NCBI RefSeq assembly: GCF_018350175.1
Contig: NC_058368.1
Span: 66,590,001-66,654,000 of the forward strand
Source of the DNA: Felis catus
Taxonomy: Eukaryota
Length of the DNA: 64,000 nt
Direction: 5' to 3'
Within the stretch, counting starts at the first letter, position 1, and each line of letters opens with the position of its first letter. The notes beneath the pieces were generated by a model, which saw only the letters and a list, made by a program, of their open reading frames with translations, made no database searches and had not been told where the DNA came from. Shown one piece after another: positions 27,286 through 40,624 of this stretch. The translations under genes and the position numbers were made by a program.

Positions 27286-28348
27286 AGTAAGATTTCTACA
27301 TCCCCATGACATAATTCCAAGCAGACTTTGGAAAGTTAAGTACATATTATTGTGATCCCTAGAGCAATAACTAAAATACACACACCACCACCACCACCAC
27401 CACCCCTACACCCAAATATTTTGGCAAAATTAAAATATGAAAGTTTAAATGGAATGCTAAAATAGTGTTCAAATAACCCAAAAGAAGAGAGGAAAAGGGA
27501 AATGGGAATTAAAAACAGAAAAATAAGCAGAAAACAAATAACAAACTGATAGACCCAAATCCAGACTTATCAATAATCACACTAAATGTAAATGTTCTAC
27601 ATATACCAATTGAGAGATTGTCAGAATATTTTTTTTTGTATCCCAACTATGCTGTATACAAAAATTCACTTAAATATAGTGATATAGGTAAGTTAAAATG
27701 ACAGGAAAGATATACCCATGCAAACAGTATGACTATATTAATGTCAAGATACACTTCAGAGTAATGAAAATTACCAGGGATAAACAAAGGATAAAAAGAT
27801 AAGAGTTGATTCATCAAGAACACCTCAGTCTTAAATATATACACCAAACAGCAGATCTTCAAACTACATACAGCAAAAACTAACAGAACTGAAAAGAGAA
27901 ATAGACAAACCTTTAATTGTAGTTGGAGACTTCAACACTCCTCTTTCAGTCATCATATATAGAACTGAATAGAACAATATAGAACTGAAAAACACTGTCA
28001 ATGGGATCTACATGACATTTGTAGAACACTCAACCCAAGAGCAGCAGAATATAGTCTTTTCAGGTATGCATGCACCATTCATCAAGATAGACTATAACCT
28101 GGGTCATAAATTATAACAAATCTAAAAAAAAAAAAAATTGAAGTTATCAAATAGTCTCTCTGAGCCTAATCAGTAACACAAAGATAACTGGAAAATCTAC
28201 AAATACTTGAAAAACAAACAAATTAACCATGGCTTAGTAAAAATAATTTGAACTGACAAAATGAAAATACAGCATATCAAAATGCATGAGAGGAAGCTAA
28301 AATATTTCTTAGGAATAAATTTATAGCATTCAATACCTATTATACAGA

Positions 28349-28466
28349 GGGGTGCCTGGTTGACTTAGTTGGTAGAGCATGCAACTCTTGATCTCAGGCT
28401 TGTAAGTTTGAGCCCCACGTTGAGTACACAGATTACTTGAAAATAAAATCTTTAACAAACAAAAAA
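28349..28466 (+). mobile_element. Short Can-SINE (SINEC_b/c-like)
   Basis: ggggtgcctggttgacttagttggtagagcatgcaactcttgatctcagg...gattactt-A tail. Confidence 0.85.
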
Positions 28467-28832
28467 CAATGCTTATAAAGAAGGGAAGTCTTGAATCAAT
28501 AATCCAAAACTTTTAACTTAAGAAAACAAAAAATAAATAAAAAATAACCTCAAAGCAGCAGGAGAAAGAAAATAATAAAGAGTAGTTTTCAATTAACTTG
28601 ATCACAGAAAACCATGGAGAAAATTAATGAAACCAAAACTGGTTCTTGGAAAAGATCAGTAAAATTAAGGCTCTAGTAAAATTGACAAAGGAAGAAAAGG
28701 GGTAATATGAATTAGCAGTCATGAAAGAAGAGGTATTAGACTTGGCAAATATTAATAAGACAATAGGAAATACTGCAAAAATCTACATAAATAGGACAAT
28801 TTGGGTTAAATAATCAACTCTCTGGAAATGTA

Positions 28833-29270
28833 TGTCAAGAACTACGAAGAGTGTGAGATTTTATTAAGAAGCTAACTATTAACCTGTTACTCTTTCATAA
28901 AGCCTGCAGAGCACATGAGACTCCTAGGTCAGAGATGAAGGACTTTGTTACTCATAGCTTGGCAAATATCATGAGCTTCCTGTTGGTTTGCATGGGTTAC
29001 ACATAATTCCTACATCCATGGAGGCAATAGATACAGTCCATCGTGGCAATAGATGTAGTCCATGGCAGTGGGATTCATGTAGCCCCCAAGAAACACCGAA
29101 GTTGAGAAATTTATCTCTTTTATAACTGGTGCTGGGTTGAGAGGAAAATGTTACTTCATTCTGCTCACAGTCCTGAGAAAGGGCCGAAATGAAGAGTCGT
29201 TAGAGCTTTGCATTCTTGGCATAACCAGCAAGGTATGCAGGGATGCGTAGGGCCCATAGCATACTGCCAC
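28833..29270 (-). mobile_element. LTR40-like ERVL solo LTR inserted in L1
   Basis: tgtcaagaact..gaag..tgagatttta and gcattcttggcata..cagcaag..tgcagggatgc..agggcccatag match the reverse LTR40 ends as recalled. Confidence 0.6.
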
Positions 29271-29706
29271 AAACACCAAACTACCAAAACCCACTCAAGA
29301 TGAACTAAATATCCCAAATAGTCCTATAACAACTAAGGAATTCTTGTTTCAAAGCCTTCAGAAATGAAAATCTCCAGGCCCAGATGGTTTCACTGGTGAA
29401 TTCTATGAAACATTTAAAGAAGAAATAGCACCAATTCTACATAATCTCTTCCAGAAAAATAGAAGGGAGAGAAAATGTAAAGCCAATTCAGTGGAAAAGT
29501 GAATGTCTTTTCCACAAACAGCGTTGGAACTGTTGGACATCCATTTGCAAAATAAATGAACCTCAACTGAAACCTCACATCTTACACAAAAATTAACTCA
29601 AAATAAATCAGATTTAAATGTAAAGCATAAAACCATAAAACTTTCAGGACACTTAGGATGAAAGCTTAGTCAAAGAGTTCTTAGACACCAAAAGCACAAA
29701 CCCCAC

Positions 29707-29905
29707 GGCATGCCTGGGTGGCTCAGTCAGTTTAAGTGTCCGACTTTGGGTCAGGTCATGATCTCATGGTTCGTGAGTTCAAACCTTGCATTTCCCTTTC
29801 TGCTGTCAGCACAGAGCCTGCTTTGGATCCTCTCTTCTCTCTCTGCCTCTCCCCTGCTCATGCTGTCTGTGTCTCCCAAAAATAAGTAAACATTTAAAAA
29901 AATAC
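29707..29905 (+). mobile_element. Can-SINE
   Basis: tgcctgggtggctcagtcag...tcaggtcatgatctca...CT-rich segment and A tail. Confidence 0.9.
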
Positions 29906-30668
29906 ATAAACATAAATCCAAGGAGAAAATATTGATAAATTTGACTTCATTAGAATTTAAAACTTTTGCTCACAAAAGATAATGTTAAGAAGATGAATAG
30001 ACAAGCTACAGTCTAGGAGAAAATATTTGGGAAATACATGCCCAATAAAGAAGTCCACATAAAGAATATATAGAGAACTCTTAAAACCCTTTAGTGAGCA
30101 GATAACCCAGTTAAAAAAAAAAAAAAAAGATGGACCAAAGTCTTCACCAGGCACTTTACCAAAGAGAATATACAGATGACAGATTGGCACATGAAAAGGT
30201 GTTCAACAGAAGTAAAATCCATTAGGGAACTGTAAATTAGAATCATAGCGAGATACCCACTATGCACCTATTAGAATGGCTAAAATAAAAATACTGAAAA
30301 TGCCAAGTCTTGCCAAGGATGTGTAGCAACTAGAACTCTCCTACATTGCTGGTGGGAATGCAAAATGGTATAGCCATTCTGGAAGACAGTCCTGTAGTTG
30401 CCTATAAGTTAAATTACCATATGACCCAGAAACCCCACTTCTGTGTATTAACCCTAGAGAAGTAAAAAAGTATATTCACACAAATGTCTGTATGCTAATG
30501 TTTATAGCACCTCTATACACAATCATGAAAAACTGGAAATCCAAATGTCCTAAATTGACAGTATATAATATATCCATACAAAAAATACTGTCAGTAATAG
30601 AAACAAACTATTGGTTCACACAACTTCAATGAGTCTCAAAGACATGATGAATTTAAAAAGCCAGTCTT

Positions 30669-30831
30669 GGGGCACCTGGGTGGCTCAGTTGGTTGAGTCT
30701 GACTCTCGGTTTCAGCTCAGGTCCATGATCTCATTGTTTGTAAGTTTCAGCCCGGCACAGGGCTCCACACTGACAGTGCAGAGCCTGCTTGGGATTCTCT
30801 CTCTCCCTCTCTCTTTGCCTCTCCCCAGTTT

Positions 30832-30879
<48 letters not shown>

Positions 30880-30905
30880 AAAATAAATAAACTAAAAAAA
30901 AAAAA
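30669..30905 (+). mobile_element. Can-SINE with long (CT)n and TSD
   Basis: TSD aaaagccagtctt / aaaagccaatctt. Confidence 0.92.
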
Positions 30906-31253
30906 AAGCCAATCTTAAAAGGTCATTTATTGTATGATTCCATTTAAGTGAAATTTTCAAATTGAGAAAACTGTAGTGATAGAAAAAATAATCAGTCATT
31001 GTCCAGAGTTACCAGTGGGAGGAAGGTTTGACTACAAAGGGGTAACACCAAGGAGGTTTTGAGGGTAATGGAACTTTTCTGTATACTGAATGTGGTTGTG
31101 GCTTCATTGAATCTATACACATATTAAAATTCAAAGAACTGTACACCAAAAAAAGACAATTTTCTGTGTCATAATTTAAAGAATAAAAAAATTTTAAAAA
31201 CGGATGTTGCATGTTATCTAATCCTTTTGTCATCTAGGAATATGATAATACAT

Positions 31254-31371
31254 GGGTGCCTGGGTCGGTTGGGCATCCAACTCTTGATCTCAGCTTGGGT
31301 CTTGATTTCAGGGTTGTGAGTTCAGGCTCCATGCTGGGTGTGGAGCTTACTTCCGAAAAAAAAAAAAAAAA
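31254..31371 (+). mobile_element. Short Can-SINE
   Basis: caactcttgatctcagcttgggtcttgatttcagggttgtgagttcagg...A16. Confidence 0.8.
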
Positions 31372-33787
31372 GATAATATCATTTTTCTTTTTTTCTATTA
31401 ACGTAGTGAATAGTATTAACAAATTTCCTTATGTAGAATCATTCAATATATTTTTGGAAGTTTTACCACCCCAGTCTGATAAGATTTTTTAAAATCTGAG
31501 GTATCTCATAGGATAGAAACTTCACGCAGTTTGGAAATGAAAATATTCAGATTCATTTCTTGAGGTTGTCTTGGAAAGACAAGACTCGTGTTTGTTCTGA
31601 AAAGTGCATTTAAAGTCAGTTGTATTATTATTGTGAATGTTTGCCTAAGTGTCACTTATATTTCAGGTTTATTGCCACTAGATGCTTTGGAGTATAGCTG
31701 GTTAGGTATAAATAAGGTGCTGAATTCTTTTATATCTAGGAGGTATTATGATCTACTGGAAAGAGCAGGGACTTTTTGGCGCGACGGACTGATTTCACAT
31801 CCAGACTCTGCCATTTTTCAATGATTTTCTCATTCGTTGCCTGGTTTTGGAATTAACAGTGATTCCTTTAGCACGGAGAAGGGGTCCTCCGACTAGAATG
31901 AGAAGTGGCCAGATGTGAGAGATGGGTTTTACTATTACTAACTCGGGATTGTTGTAAAGATTATGTGTGGCGCTCATGCTTACTCAGTACAGTGCTCTTT
32001 ATTTACAGTCCTGAAAGTTGTGTGCAAAACTTTCAGTGAACCTGAGATTCTTCCTAATCTGTTCATTCATGGAGATAATATTTAAATGTCCAGGAGATGA
32101 AAGTGTTTGCTTTAAATAATCGTACATATGTGGTTAGAACAGAAAGTAGGCGTGATTGGAATACGTTCAAGATTCTATCTAATTTACACACGACTACATT
32201 CCAACTTACACCCACACAAAATAAACTTTTAAATCTTTTGCCTAGCCTGTGAGCCTTACAGATCTTTCAGAAGATAAATGTTAAAGACTCACCTAGAAGT
32301 TAAGAGTGTTTGTAAAAGGTTTACTGGGGGGGGGGGGGGTGAATTTTTGAAATGAAGAGTGGCTTTTTTCCTCAGATACACCAATTGCTATGACTGGAGT
32401 TCCTCATCAAATTAGTAAACTGGAAGATTCTTTCTTTCCCCTTGTAAGGACAACAGGTTTTGTAGAAATAAGTGATACTCGATACTTGTTCAAGTTTAGT
32501 ATTTCCAAACTAACAATACTTTTAAACCCCTGTAAAGTCTACCTTTGTTCCTCAGAGTGTGTAAAATGGTTCGTACACTTAACCTGAGATCTCAAGAGAG
32601 GAAGCGCTTCTGTCATAGGTCAGGTTTTAAACCCAGTAGCAAAAAATCGTAAATTATGGCTCCTCTCTGGATTTCAAAGTCCTAGATCTCTCACCTCTTT
32701 AAATAGTGAAATTCCCTTACAGAGAACAACATTTCGCCGCCTGCTCTTCAGCCTCCGGGTCTCCGGGTCTCACCTGTGGCCACTCCTCACTCTCTCCAGT
32801 AGGACCCCCTTGCTGTGCTGAAAGAACCACTGTTTGCTCTGAACCAGATGTTTCCCCCCAGGGCTCTGCTTTAAATCGGTAAGGCAATATTTCCTGCCCT
32901 TTGTCTTCTTCTTCGTTTTCATACTTCTGCTCTTTATCATAATGTTGTTTTGGTGTTTCTGGTTCTTGAGGATATACCACTGTCAGCTCGAGCTTCTGCT
33001 GTGAGTTTCAACAGCTGTGACATGTCTAAACCGCATGATCTTGAAAGTGTTGGCACTCGCGAAAAATAGAGAGGAGCCAAATTAATAAAACAAAACATTT
33101 CAAAGGGTTCCTATGGTTACCTCCCGAAACCAGGAAGTACGTTGGGTTGCGTTGGCTCGTGCAGCCTGCAGTAGCTTCTTCTGTGCTTCTGCATCGTTTG
33201 TGTGCGCGCCGTGTAATATGTGCTTGAGGATTGGAGCGGCTGATGATTGCAATCACAGCACGAAAGGTGTGCCTTTTTGCCTGTAAAATCCATTCTTAAA
33301 TGGGTTATTGTGTTTGAAGTGATATATTACAATCTTTAGAGATAAAATATGAATACAGTACAAGGGGTGTGGGAACCAAGGTGCAAAATGGTATGTTTTA
33401 TGTAGAGGAGTAATGAGAAAATAATGAGTATGCATTCTAATAAGGGTAAAGTCACTACAGAAGATTGAAAAGACTTCCTTTTATTGCAAGTTGAGCCTGT
33501 GCAGAGTTGGACTCAGGCAGTAATAAAGTGGTGCTATGTTCCTTTGCATCTGATTTTATGAGACCTTTATGTGTCAGTGTGACTTTCCTCTTTATGTATT
33601 CATATTTTAGTTTTAATATATTTGCTTAGAGTTTGATTTTTTTTTTTTAATGAGGTAAAGCTTCAGGGTATAAATGTAAATGCTACTATATAGCCCCTGA
33701 GTTATGAGCGGCAGGGGAAGAGTCAGGAAGAGAGGAATATATTCTGAAGTGATCAGCTTGCCATTTAAAAAGGAAATACTTTTTATC

Positions 33788-33790
<3 letters not shown>

Positions 33791-33824
<34 letters not shown>
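33791..33824. repeat. (AT)n microsatellite
   Basis: Directly visible. Confidence 0.95.
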
Positions 33825-33827
<3 letters not shown>

Positions 33828-34152
33828 GTGACTTTTTTTCATGAGTGATTTACCTATACCTAACCTTTTCTATTCTTTATCTTTTCCTTTATACTTTCTA
33901 ATAGCTCTACCTGTATTTTTCCTACTTTGCGATTTGCTTGCCTTGGTTTTGTTTGTGGTTTTGTGGTTGTTTTTTTTTTTTGGCATTCAGAAATTTGAAG
34001 ATTCTTATGTAGCTAAATATGTGAATATTTTCCTTTGATATTTCTCCCTTTAGTACCCTAAGATTACATATACAGTTATATTTTTATTCACTAATTCCAC
34101 AGGTTTTTTACAGTCAACTTTTAATCTATTTGAAATTTATCTTGATGGAAAA

Positions 34153-34337
34153 CCGTAGTTCTCATCCATGGCTATGCCGTAGAATTACATGAGAAAAAGA
34201 AAAAAAAAAAACCTCACGCTTAGATCCCGTTACAGAAAAACTCATTTAGAATCTCTGAGGAGAGAGTCTGGCCATTGCATTGTTTTAGAATTTCTGCATG
34301 TGATTTGTGAGGTGCAACCAGAGTCAGGAATCGCTGT
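34153..34337. mobile_element. MER5B-like MITE
   Basis: gtagttctca...agaattacatg...agaatctctg...gtgatt...gtgcaaccagagtcaggaatcgctg. Confidence 0.55.
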
Positions 34338-35387
34338 GTAAAGAGTCATGTATGCATCCAATGTTCCGCTTGCTCAAATTGTTCCAATCCACCGCTCAAA
34401 GATGTTTTGGAAGCACACACATGCCAATACCCTGATTCCAAGTTTACACTAATGTATATAGTACTATGTAAAAGACTAAATAATACATTCACATCTCAAT
34501 GGTAATCATCTAAGAGGTGTGAGACTTAAATTTTCTTATTTATCTTTTTCTGCAATTCCCAAATTCTCTATAAGAAGCATGTATTATCCTTTAATATGAG
34601 AAAAAAAATTGTTGCAAAGGAACCTTAATTTTTTAAAAAAGTTTAATTTTTAGTCATTATTTTTTAAATAGTGCATAGAAAAGTATCCTTATAAATGTGA
34701 TAGAATCATTAGAGCAAGTCTATCGTTTGCAAAGGTGTCTTATTAGATGAAGACATACGCACTGGTTTGCTAAGTTTGCCGCTTATGTTTTTATAAATAA
34801 ATAGATATTTATCTATTTTATATACATATACTGATTTGAATTTTAACTGACTTTATTAAATATTTTATTTGCCTTATCTCTGAGAATAAAATACTGTTTG
34901 GGGAAAATTGATAAAAAGAATCTATATACTTCAGTTTTTTATTGCTTTGGTCAATGAGAGAATCATAACAGCCAGTATGGTTTTATCTTAGCTTGTGTTA
35001 GCCCATGTCCTTACTTTGCATAGGGAATTCATTTTAGTAATAAGATCGAAATTCATATTGGATTTCTAAAGACATTAAAGACTAAGAACTTTAGACAATG
35101 GTCAGTCCATGTTCCTGTTTATAATTGACAAGACTTTTTGAAGATCATTTATTTCATCAGAGCCTTACAATAATTCCTGTATTTGGTTGGCAGGATTTTA
35201 CTGTATTTAACTGAATCTAAGATTCCATTGCTTTGAAGACTCACCATTAATTTAACTAAGAAAGAAAAAGTGTGGCTAGTCACATTATGGTACAATGTTT
35301 TTCAAACACACTATTAACGCGTCCAGTTTCAAGATCGTAAAACTTGAAAAATATATTCATCTTAGTATCAATGAAATATAGGTGTTA

Positions 35388-35592
35388 TTTTTTTGTAAAG
35401 TTTATTTATTTTGAGAGAGGAAGAAAGAGCAAAACAGGGAAAGGGAAGAAAGAGAGGGAGAGAGAGGATCCCAAGCAGGCTCATGCTGCAACGTGGAGCC
35501 TGACACGGGGCTCAATCCCACAAACTGGGAGATCATGACCTGAGCCGAAATCATGAGTCAGACCCTTAACCCACTGAGCCACCCAGACGCCC
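35388..35592 (-). mobile_element. Can-SINE
   Basis: ...gagatcatgacctgagccgaaatc...ccactgagccacccagacgccc; TSD aggtgttatt / agatgttatt. Confidence 0.9.
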
Positions 35593-36618
35593 AGATGTTA
35601 TTCTTTTAAATGAGAATACAGAAAGAGGAGGAAATTTTCTTGTCCAATACATGCAGGATTTGGATTTAATACCCAGATTGTTCTTCACACTATAGTAAAG
35701 TTGTAGATATTATAATTGAGATTAGTGAAGAAAGGCTTTATACGATAATTTAGTCCAATTGATAAAGGTACTATGGTGGGGGATGAACTTTATACGTGAC
35801 TTATCAGAGGCCATGTCTTCCTACCAATCTGAGTAACATTCGAATTACCTGTTTGGAGACATTTGTTTTTGTCATATTAAATGTAACGTAGCCAGCAAGA
35901 GTTCTTCTGCCAAAGCACTGAGATTGGTTAAATGATGTCAGCAACTACTTTGCCATAGGTCTGGCACCTTCCCCAAATGCTCGAGTGGAGGGAGGATATA
36001 TGAGATATTTTATCCTGAATACTTGATTTGTTAGAACTGAGTACAGTGGCAATTATATTGCTTAGTCACATCTGAAAATCCTATATTTGAAAAGGAGTCA
36101 TAGAGATTCTCTTAAAACAATCCCTTCAGTTTATGGAAAAGGAACCGAGAGCCTCTGGGGGCAGATAATTTGCTGCAGATCACGTGGTCACAGAGCAGCA
36201 GAGCCCAGATGGAAGCCAGACCCCTCGATCCTAGTCTCGTGCCCTTTCTGCTATTTCATATTCCTGACATTCAGGGACATGAGGAAGATTAGAGTTATTA
36301 AGTAATTTTAAGAGGACTGAATTTATAAACTGTGTGGTTATTTTGGCTTATGTGTTTTTGGATGTTTGCCTCACCTTCTTTGGGAAAAATCTGAAAAGAA
36401 ACTAGGATTCACGACTTATTCACCACTTAGAGTCCAAGGAGAGACCAAGTCCATGTTATTTAATGTAATCCTCTCAACAACCTTGAGAGGAAATGAGTTC
36501 AAATAGATTAAGTAATTTCCCAGTGTTACACAGGTAAGTGACAGAATTGAGAGTGTGTCAGGCCCTAAAGCTTATTAGCTGCTGCAATCTACTCCCTTCT
36601 TATGATTAAAAAAACTTC

Positions 36619-36730
36619 GGGGTGCCTGGCTGGTACGCAACTCTTGATCTCAAGGTTGTGAATTTGAGCCCCACGTTGGGTGTAGAGATTACTTAAAAGT
36701 AAAATCTTTTTAAAAATAAAATAAAATAGA
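36619..36730 (+). mobile_element. Short Can-SINE
   Basis: ggggtgcctggctgg...caactcttgatctc...gggtgtagagattactt-A tail. Confidence 0.85.
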
Positions 36731-36778
36731 ACTAACTTCAAGTGAGGTATTCTGTACTACATAGAAGACGAACATCCT

Positions 36779-36991
36779 GGGGCACCTGGGGCGCTTAGTC
36801 GGTTAAGTGTCCTACTTTAGCTCAGGTCATGATCTCGCAGTTCATGAGTTCAAGCCCCGCGTCAGGCTCTGTTCTGACAGCTCAGAGCCTGGAGCCTGCT
36901 TTGGAATCTGTGTCTCCCTCTCTCTGCTCCTCCCCTGCTTGTGCTCTGTCTCTCTCTGTCTCTCAAAAATGAATAAACGTTAAAAAGAAGA
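36779..36991 (+). mobile_element. Can-SINE (SINEC_Fc-like)
   Basis: TSD agaagacgaacatcc / agaagacaaacatcc. Confidence 0.92.
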
Positions 36992-37541
36992 AGAAGACAA
37001 ACATCCCGGGCCTCTCATGTTTGCAAGAGATAGTTCGACAGACTTGCCAAAAATTTCAAAGCCCCTTTGGGAGTAGGAGGGGACACACTTGGTGAGAGGG
37101 ATCTTTCACTGATGATTTTGTGCTGTGCTTGTGGGGAAGGGGAGGAAAAGGCATTCAATTTTCCTAGGTCACTATATGTCTGATTTTTATTCATAGCATT
37201 GACTATTCTCATCAACCAGATTATCATTCATTTTTATTAAATATTATCCTTTCCTTGAGATACGTTTAAAAAATTAGATTCTTTTCTTACCTTTTGTTAT
37301 TGTGTTTTTAGGTTTCATATTTATTCATCCCATTATTAACAAGTGTAGCTGTTCAGCATTTTAAAAATCTCTTTACAAATATATAGCCTTGTATTCCATA
37401 AAGATGTCCTGTGTCAGAGCTATAAAATGCTCCCTTTAGCAATAGTATGTTAGCAATGCCATGTGGCTCTCTCATCACAGTTTCTTTCTTTCTTTTTTTT
37501 TTTTTTTTTTGGTATCTTTTAATTCTAAAAATTCTAAAATT

Positions 37542-37705
37542 GGGGCACCTGGGTGGCTCAGTTGGTAAGCGCCCAACTCTTGATTTCAGCTCAGGTCATG
37601 GTCTCACAGTTCATGGGTTCAAGCTCTGCGTCAGGCTCTGTGCACATGTAGTGTGTTCTGCTTGGGATTCTTTCTTTTCTCTCTAAGGCCTCTCCCTGAT
37701 ATCTC

Positions 37706-37740
<35 letters not shown>

Positions 37741-37775
37741 AATAAATAAATAAACTTAAAAATAAAAAAAAATTA
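37542..37775 (+). mobile_element. Can-SINE
   Basis: Head, (CT)n and A tail; TSD aaaattctaaaatt / aaaactctaaactt. Confidence 0.9.
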
Positions 37776-38029
37776 AAAACTCTAAACTTTGAGTCAGTGT
37801 TTGTTCTGTTCACACACATCCTTGAATGATTCTGTGTACAAATGTCAATGTGGGATATAAGGCTGCTAACCTATTTAAACAGACTTGGCAAGACCCTCAG
37901 GATAAAGAAGGATTGCATTGGTTATTGTTTTGTTGGCCAAAAGAACTATTTTGGAATTGTTCACTTAATAAAATTGACTTTTTAAAAAAAATTATATTTA
38001 TTAGTGTTAAACAGCATATAATTTTAAAG

Positions 38030-39445
38030 ACATAGAAAGAATAATCTTGAAAAAGAGGAACAAAGTTGGACTCAGAGGACTTGATTTTAAGACCTTCTAT
38101 AAAGCCACCTTAATCGAGATGATATGGTTTTGATATAAAGATAGATCACTGGATGCCGGATAGAGTCCAGAAATTGGCCCACACTTATGTAGTCAATTGC
38201 TTTATAACAAAATACCAAGGCAGTTAAATGAGGAAAGAAAAATCTTTGCAACAAATTCTACTAAAACAACTGCACAAATATGTGAAAAAACAATGAACTA
38301 ATGAACCTTGACTCCTATCTCATACCACACCCAAAAAGTTAATTTGAGAGGAATAATAGGCCCAAAATAGAAAAGCTAAAACTACAAAACTTCTGCAAGA
38401 AAACTTTGTGACCTTTGGGTAGGCAAAAACATTTCTTAAGACACAAAAAGCACCAAGCGTCAAAAACAGTTGATAAAATGGGCTCAAAACCAAAACTTAC
38501 TCTTTCCAAAAGACACCATGAAGAAAACAAATGGCAAGCCGCAGACTGAAAATATTCACAGTACATCTGTCCCTAAAAGGACTTTCTCCAGAGTAAATCA
38601 AGGAGCCCTACAAATAAATAAGAAAAAAACATAACCTGATTTCTAAAAGTGGGCACAAATCTTGAACTGATGTGACAGCAAAAAGCTATATGAATGATGA
38701 ATAAACACATGGGAAGATGCTCCACAACATTAGCTCTCAGGGAGATACAAATCCCACCAAACACCACTTCACATCCAGCAGAATGACGGAAATTAGTAAG
38801 ACTGACAGCTCCCAGGTGGAGAGAACGTGCCACAGCTCCGACTCACATACATTTTTGTGGGGAGTGCAGACTGACCCAACCACTTTGGAAAGTTCATTGG
38901 CAGTGTCTTATACAGTTAAACCATTGATCCTGAGATCCAGCAATTCCACTCATAGGCCTTTATCTTAGAGAAAAAGCCTATATGTCATTAAGACATTTGA
39001 CTTGAATAAGAATGTTCATAGCAGCTTCATTCATAATAGCCAAAAGCTGGGGGGGAAAACATGAATAGGGGAATGAATAAATAAATTGTGGGATATTCAT
39101 ATAATGGAATATTACTCAGCAATGAAAAGCAACAAACTATTGATAGACATAGCAACATAGATGAATCACAAAAATATTATGTTAAGCAAAAGAAGCCATA
39201 CATGGAGTATCTTCACGTTCATATCAAGTTTTAGAATGGGTAAAACTGATCTATGGCCATGGAAACATGGTCAGCAAGAATTGATTAGAAGCGGACATAA
39301 GAGAACTTTCTGGTTGCTAGAAATCATCTTATCTTGACTGGGATGTTGTGACATAGATATACACATTTATCATAATTCACCAAGTTGCACACTTAAATGT
39401 ACACACATTTTACTGTATGTAAATTTCACCTAAAAATTTCACCTA
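38030..39445 (+). mobile_element. Old L1M 3' part (ORF2 end and 3' UTR)
   Basis: aataatcttgaaaaagaggaacaaagttgga, atagagtccagaaat, agaatgttcatagcagcttcattcataatagccaaaa, aatggaatattactcagcaatgaaaag. Confidence 0.85.
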
Positions 39446-40624
39446 AATTTTTAAAAGATTGCATTATATTCATAGCTATGAAGGTAGCGAACAAAGTTGT
39501 TTCACATAAGATGGGGGCATAAGTCAGTAGACACAAGGTATACAAGCAAAATCATGTTGGATTGCCGTTGAATATGACCAACCAGGGGAGTGGGTTTTCA
39601 GTAAGTATCTGTTGAGTAATGACCATTTATCTAAAGTTTGTCAGCAAGAACAATGACCTCCTTCCTACTGGCCATGTGCACGTATGGAGAAAAGGATCCA
39701 TGTTGTTTTTTTAATCAGAAATTCCTTTTTTAATATATTCCATTTCAAAACTAAATGCATAGGAAAATTAGATGAGTTTAAGGGAAGAAAAATGTTAAGT
39801 ATAATCAAGAAAAGAATATTCCAAACACAAAATAAAACTCTATGTCCATACCGCCGTTAATACATTTGTATGTATTCTCAAAAGATTTTCCCCTCTATTG
39901 TCAAACATAATCTAAATATCACACCACACACATACGAAGTGGGATACTACCATAATATTATTTCATCATGTTTAGGATATACTAATTTTTAGCATCAGTT
40001 ACAACACTTGAACGTTATTCCATTGTATAAACATGCCACCACTTATTTAGCCAATTTCTGGACATTTGGTTGAAACAATTGGATTTTCTTCAGTTTTCCA
40101 TTGTTATGAAAATGCTAAATTATTCCTTCAGGATTTGTAAAGGCAAGCAGCCCTTTCCGGAGAATGTGGAATAAAGAAAATGCATCTTCACCAAATGTTC
40201 TGCTATACTGGGTCACACCTGTTTTATTGGCGCCCTGTCTGGCACAGGGCGGGCACTCAGTTTACATGATGACATACAAGAGGGAGAGAATGAGTTTCTA
40301 TGATAATGGTCTTTCCCATTTGTGGGTGAAGTTCTATGCTTCTTACCCGGATCTGCGTATTTTAATGCCCAAATTAATTGTCTTCCTTTCCAATGCATAG
40401 CACAAATTTAACAATATTCCTGCTTTTCAGTCTTTAGTTTGCTTTTATTATCTTCCTGCCTGCAGTGTTTCTATGATTTGTCTTACAGCAATATTCATTA
40501 GTGGTCTTAACTCATTGCACCTTTTAAACTTTACATGGCACATTGCACAATGCCAAATGCAGGCGGAAGTTTCACAAATAATATTTTATTATGATAGTGG
40601 GTTCTACTCTTTTTTGCATTTGTG

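Larger units (their letters stand above)
27320..31195 (+). mobile_element. Decayed L1MC/MD-type LINE (endonuclease region, internal deletion, 3' end) carrying three SINEs and one LTR
   Basis: atcaataatcacactaaatgtaaatg, gttggagacttcaacactcctct, ctccaggcccagatggtttcactggtgaattcta, cacatgaaaaggtgttcaaca, ccatatgacccag and an L1M 3' UTR; no intact ORF. Confidence 0.85.
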
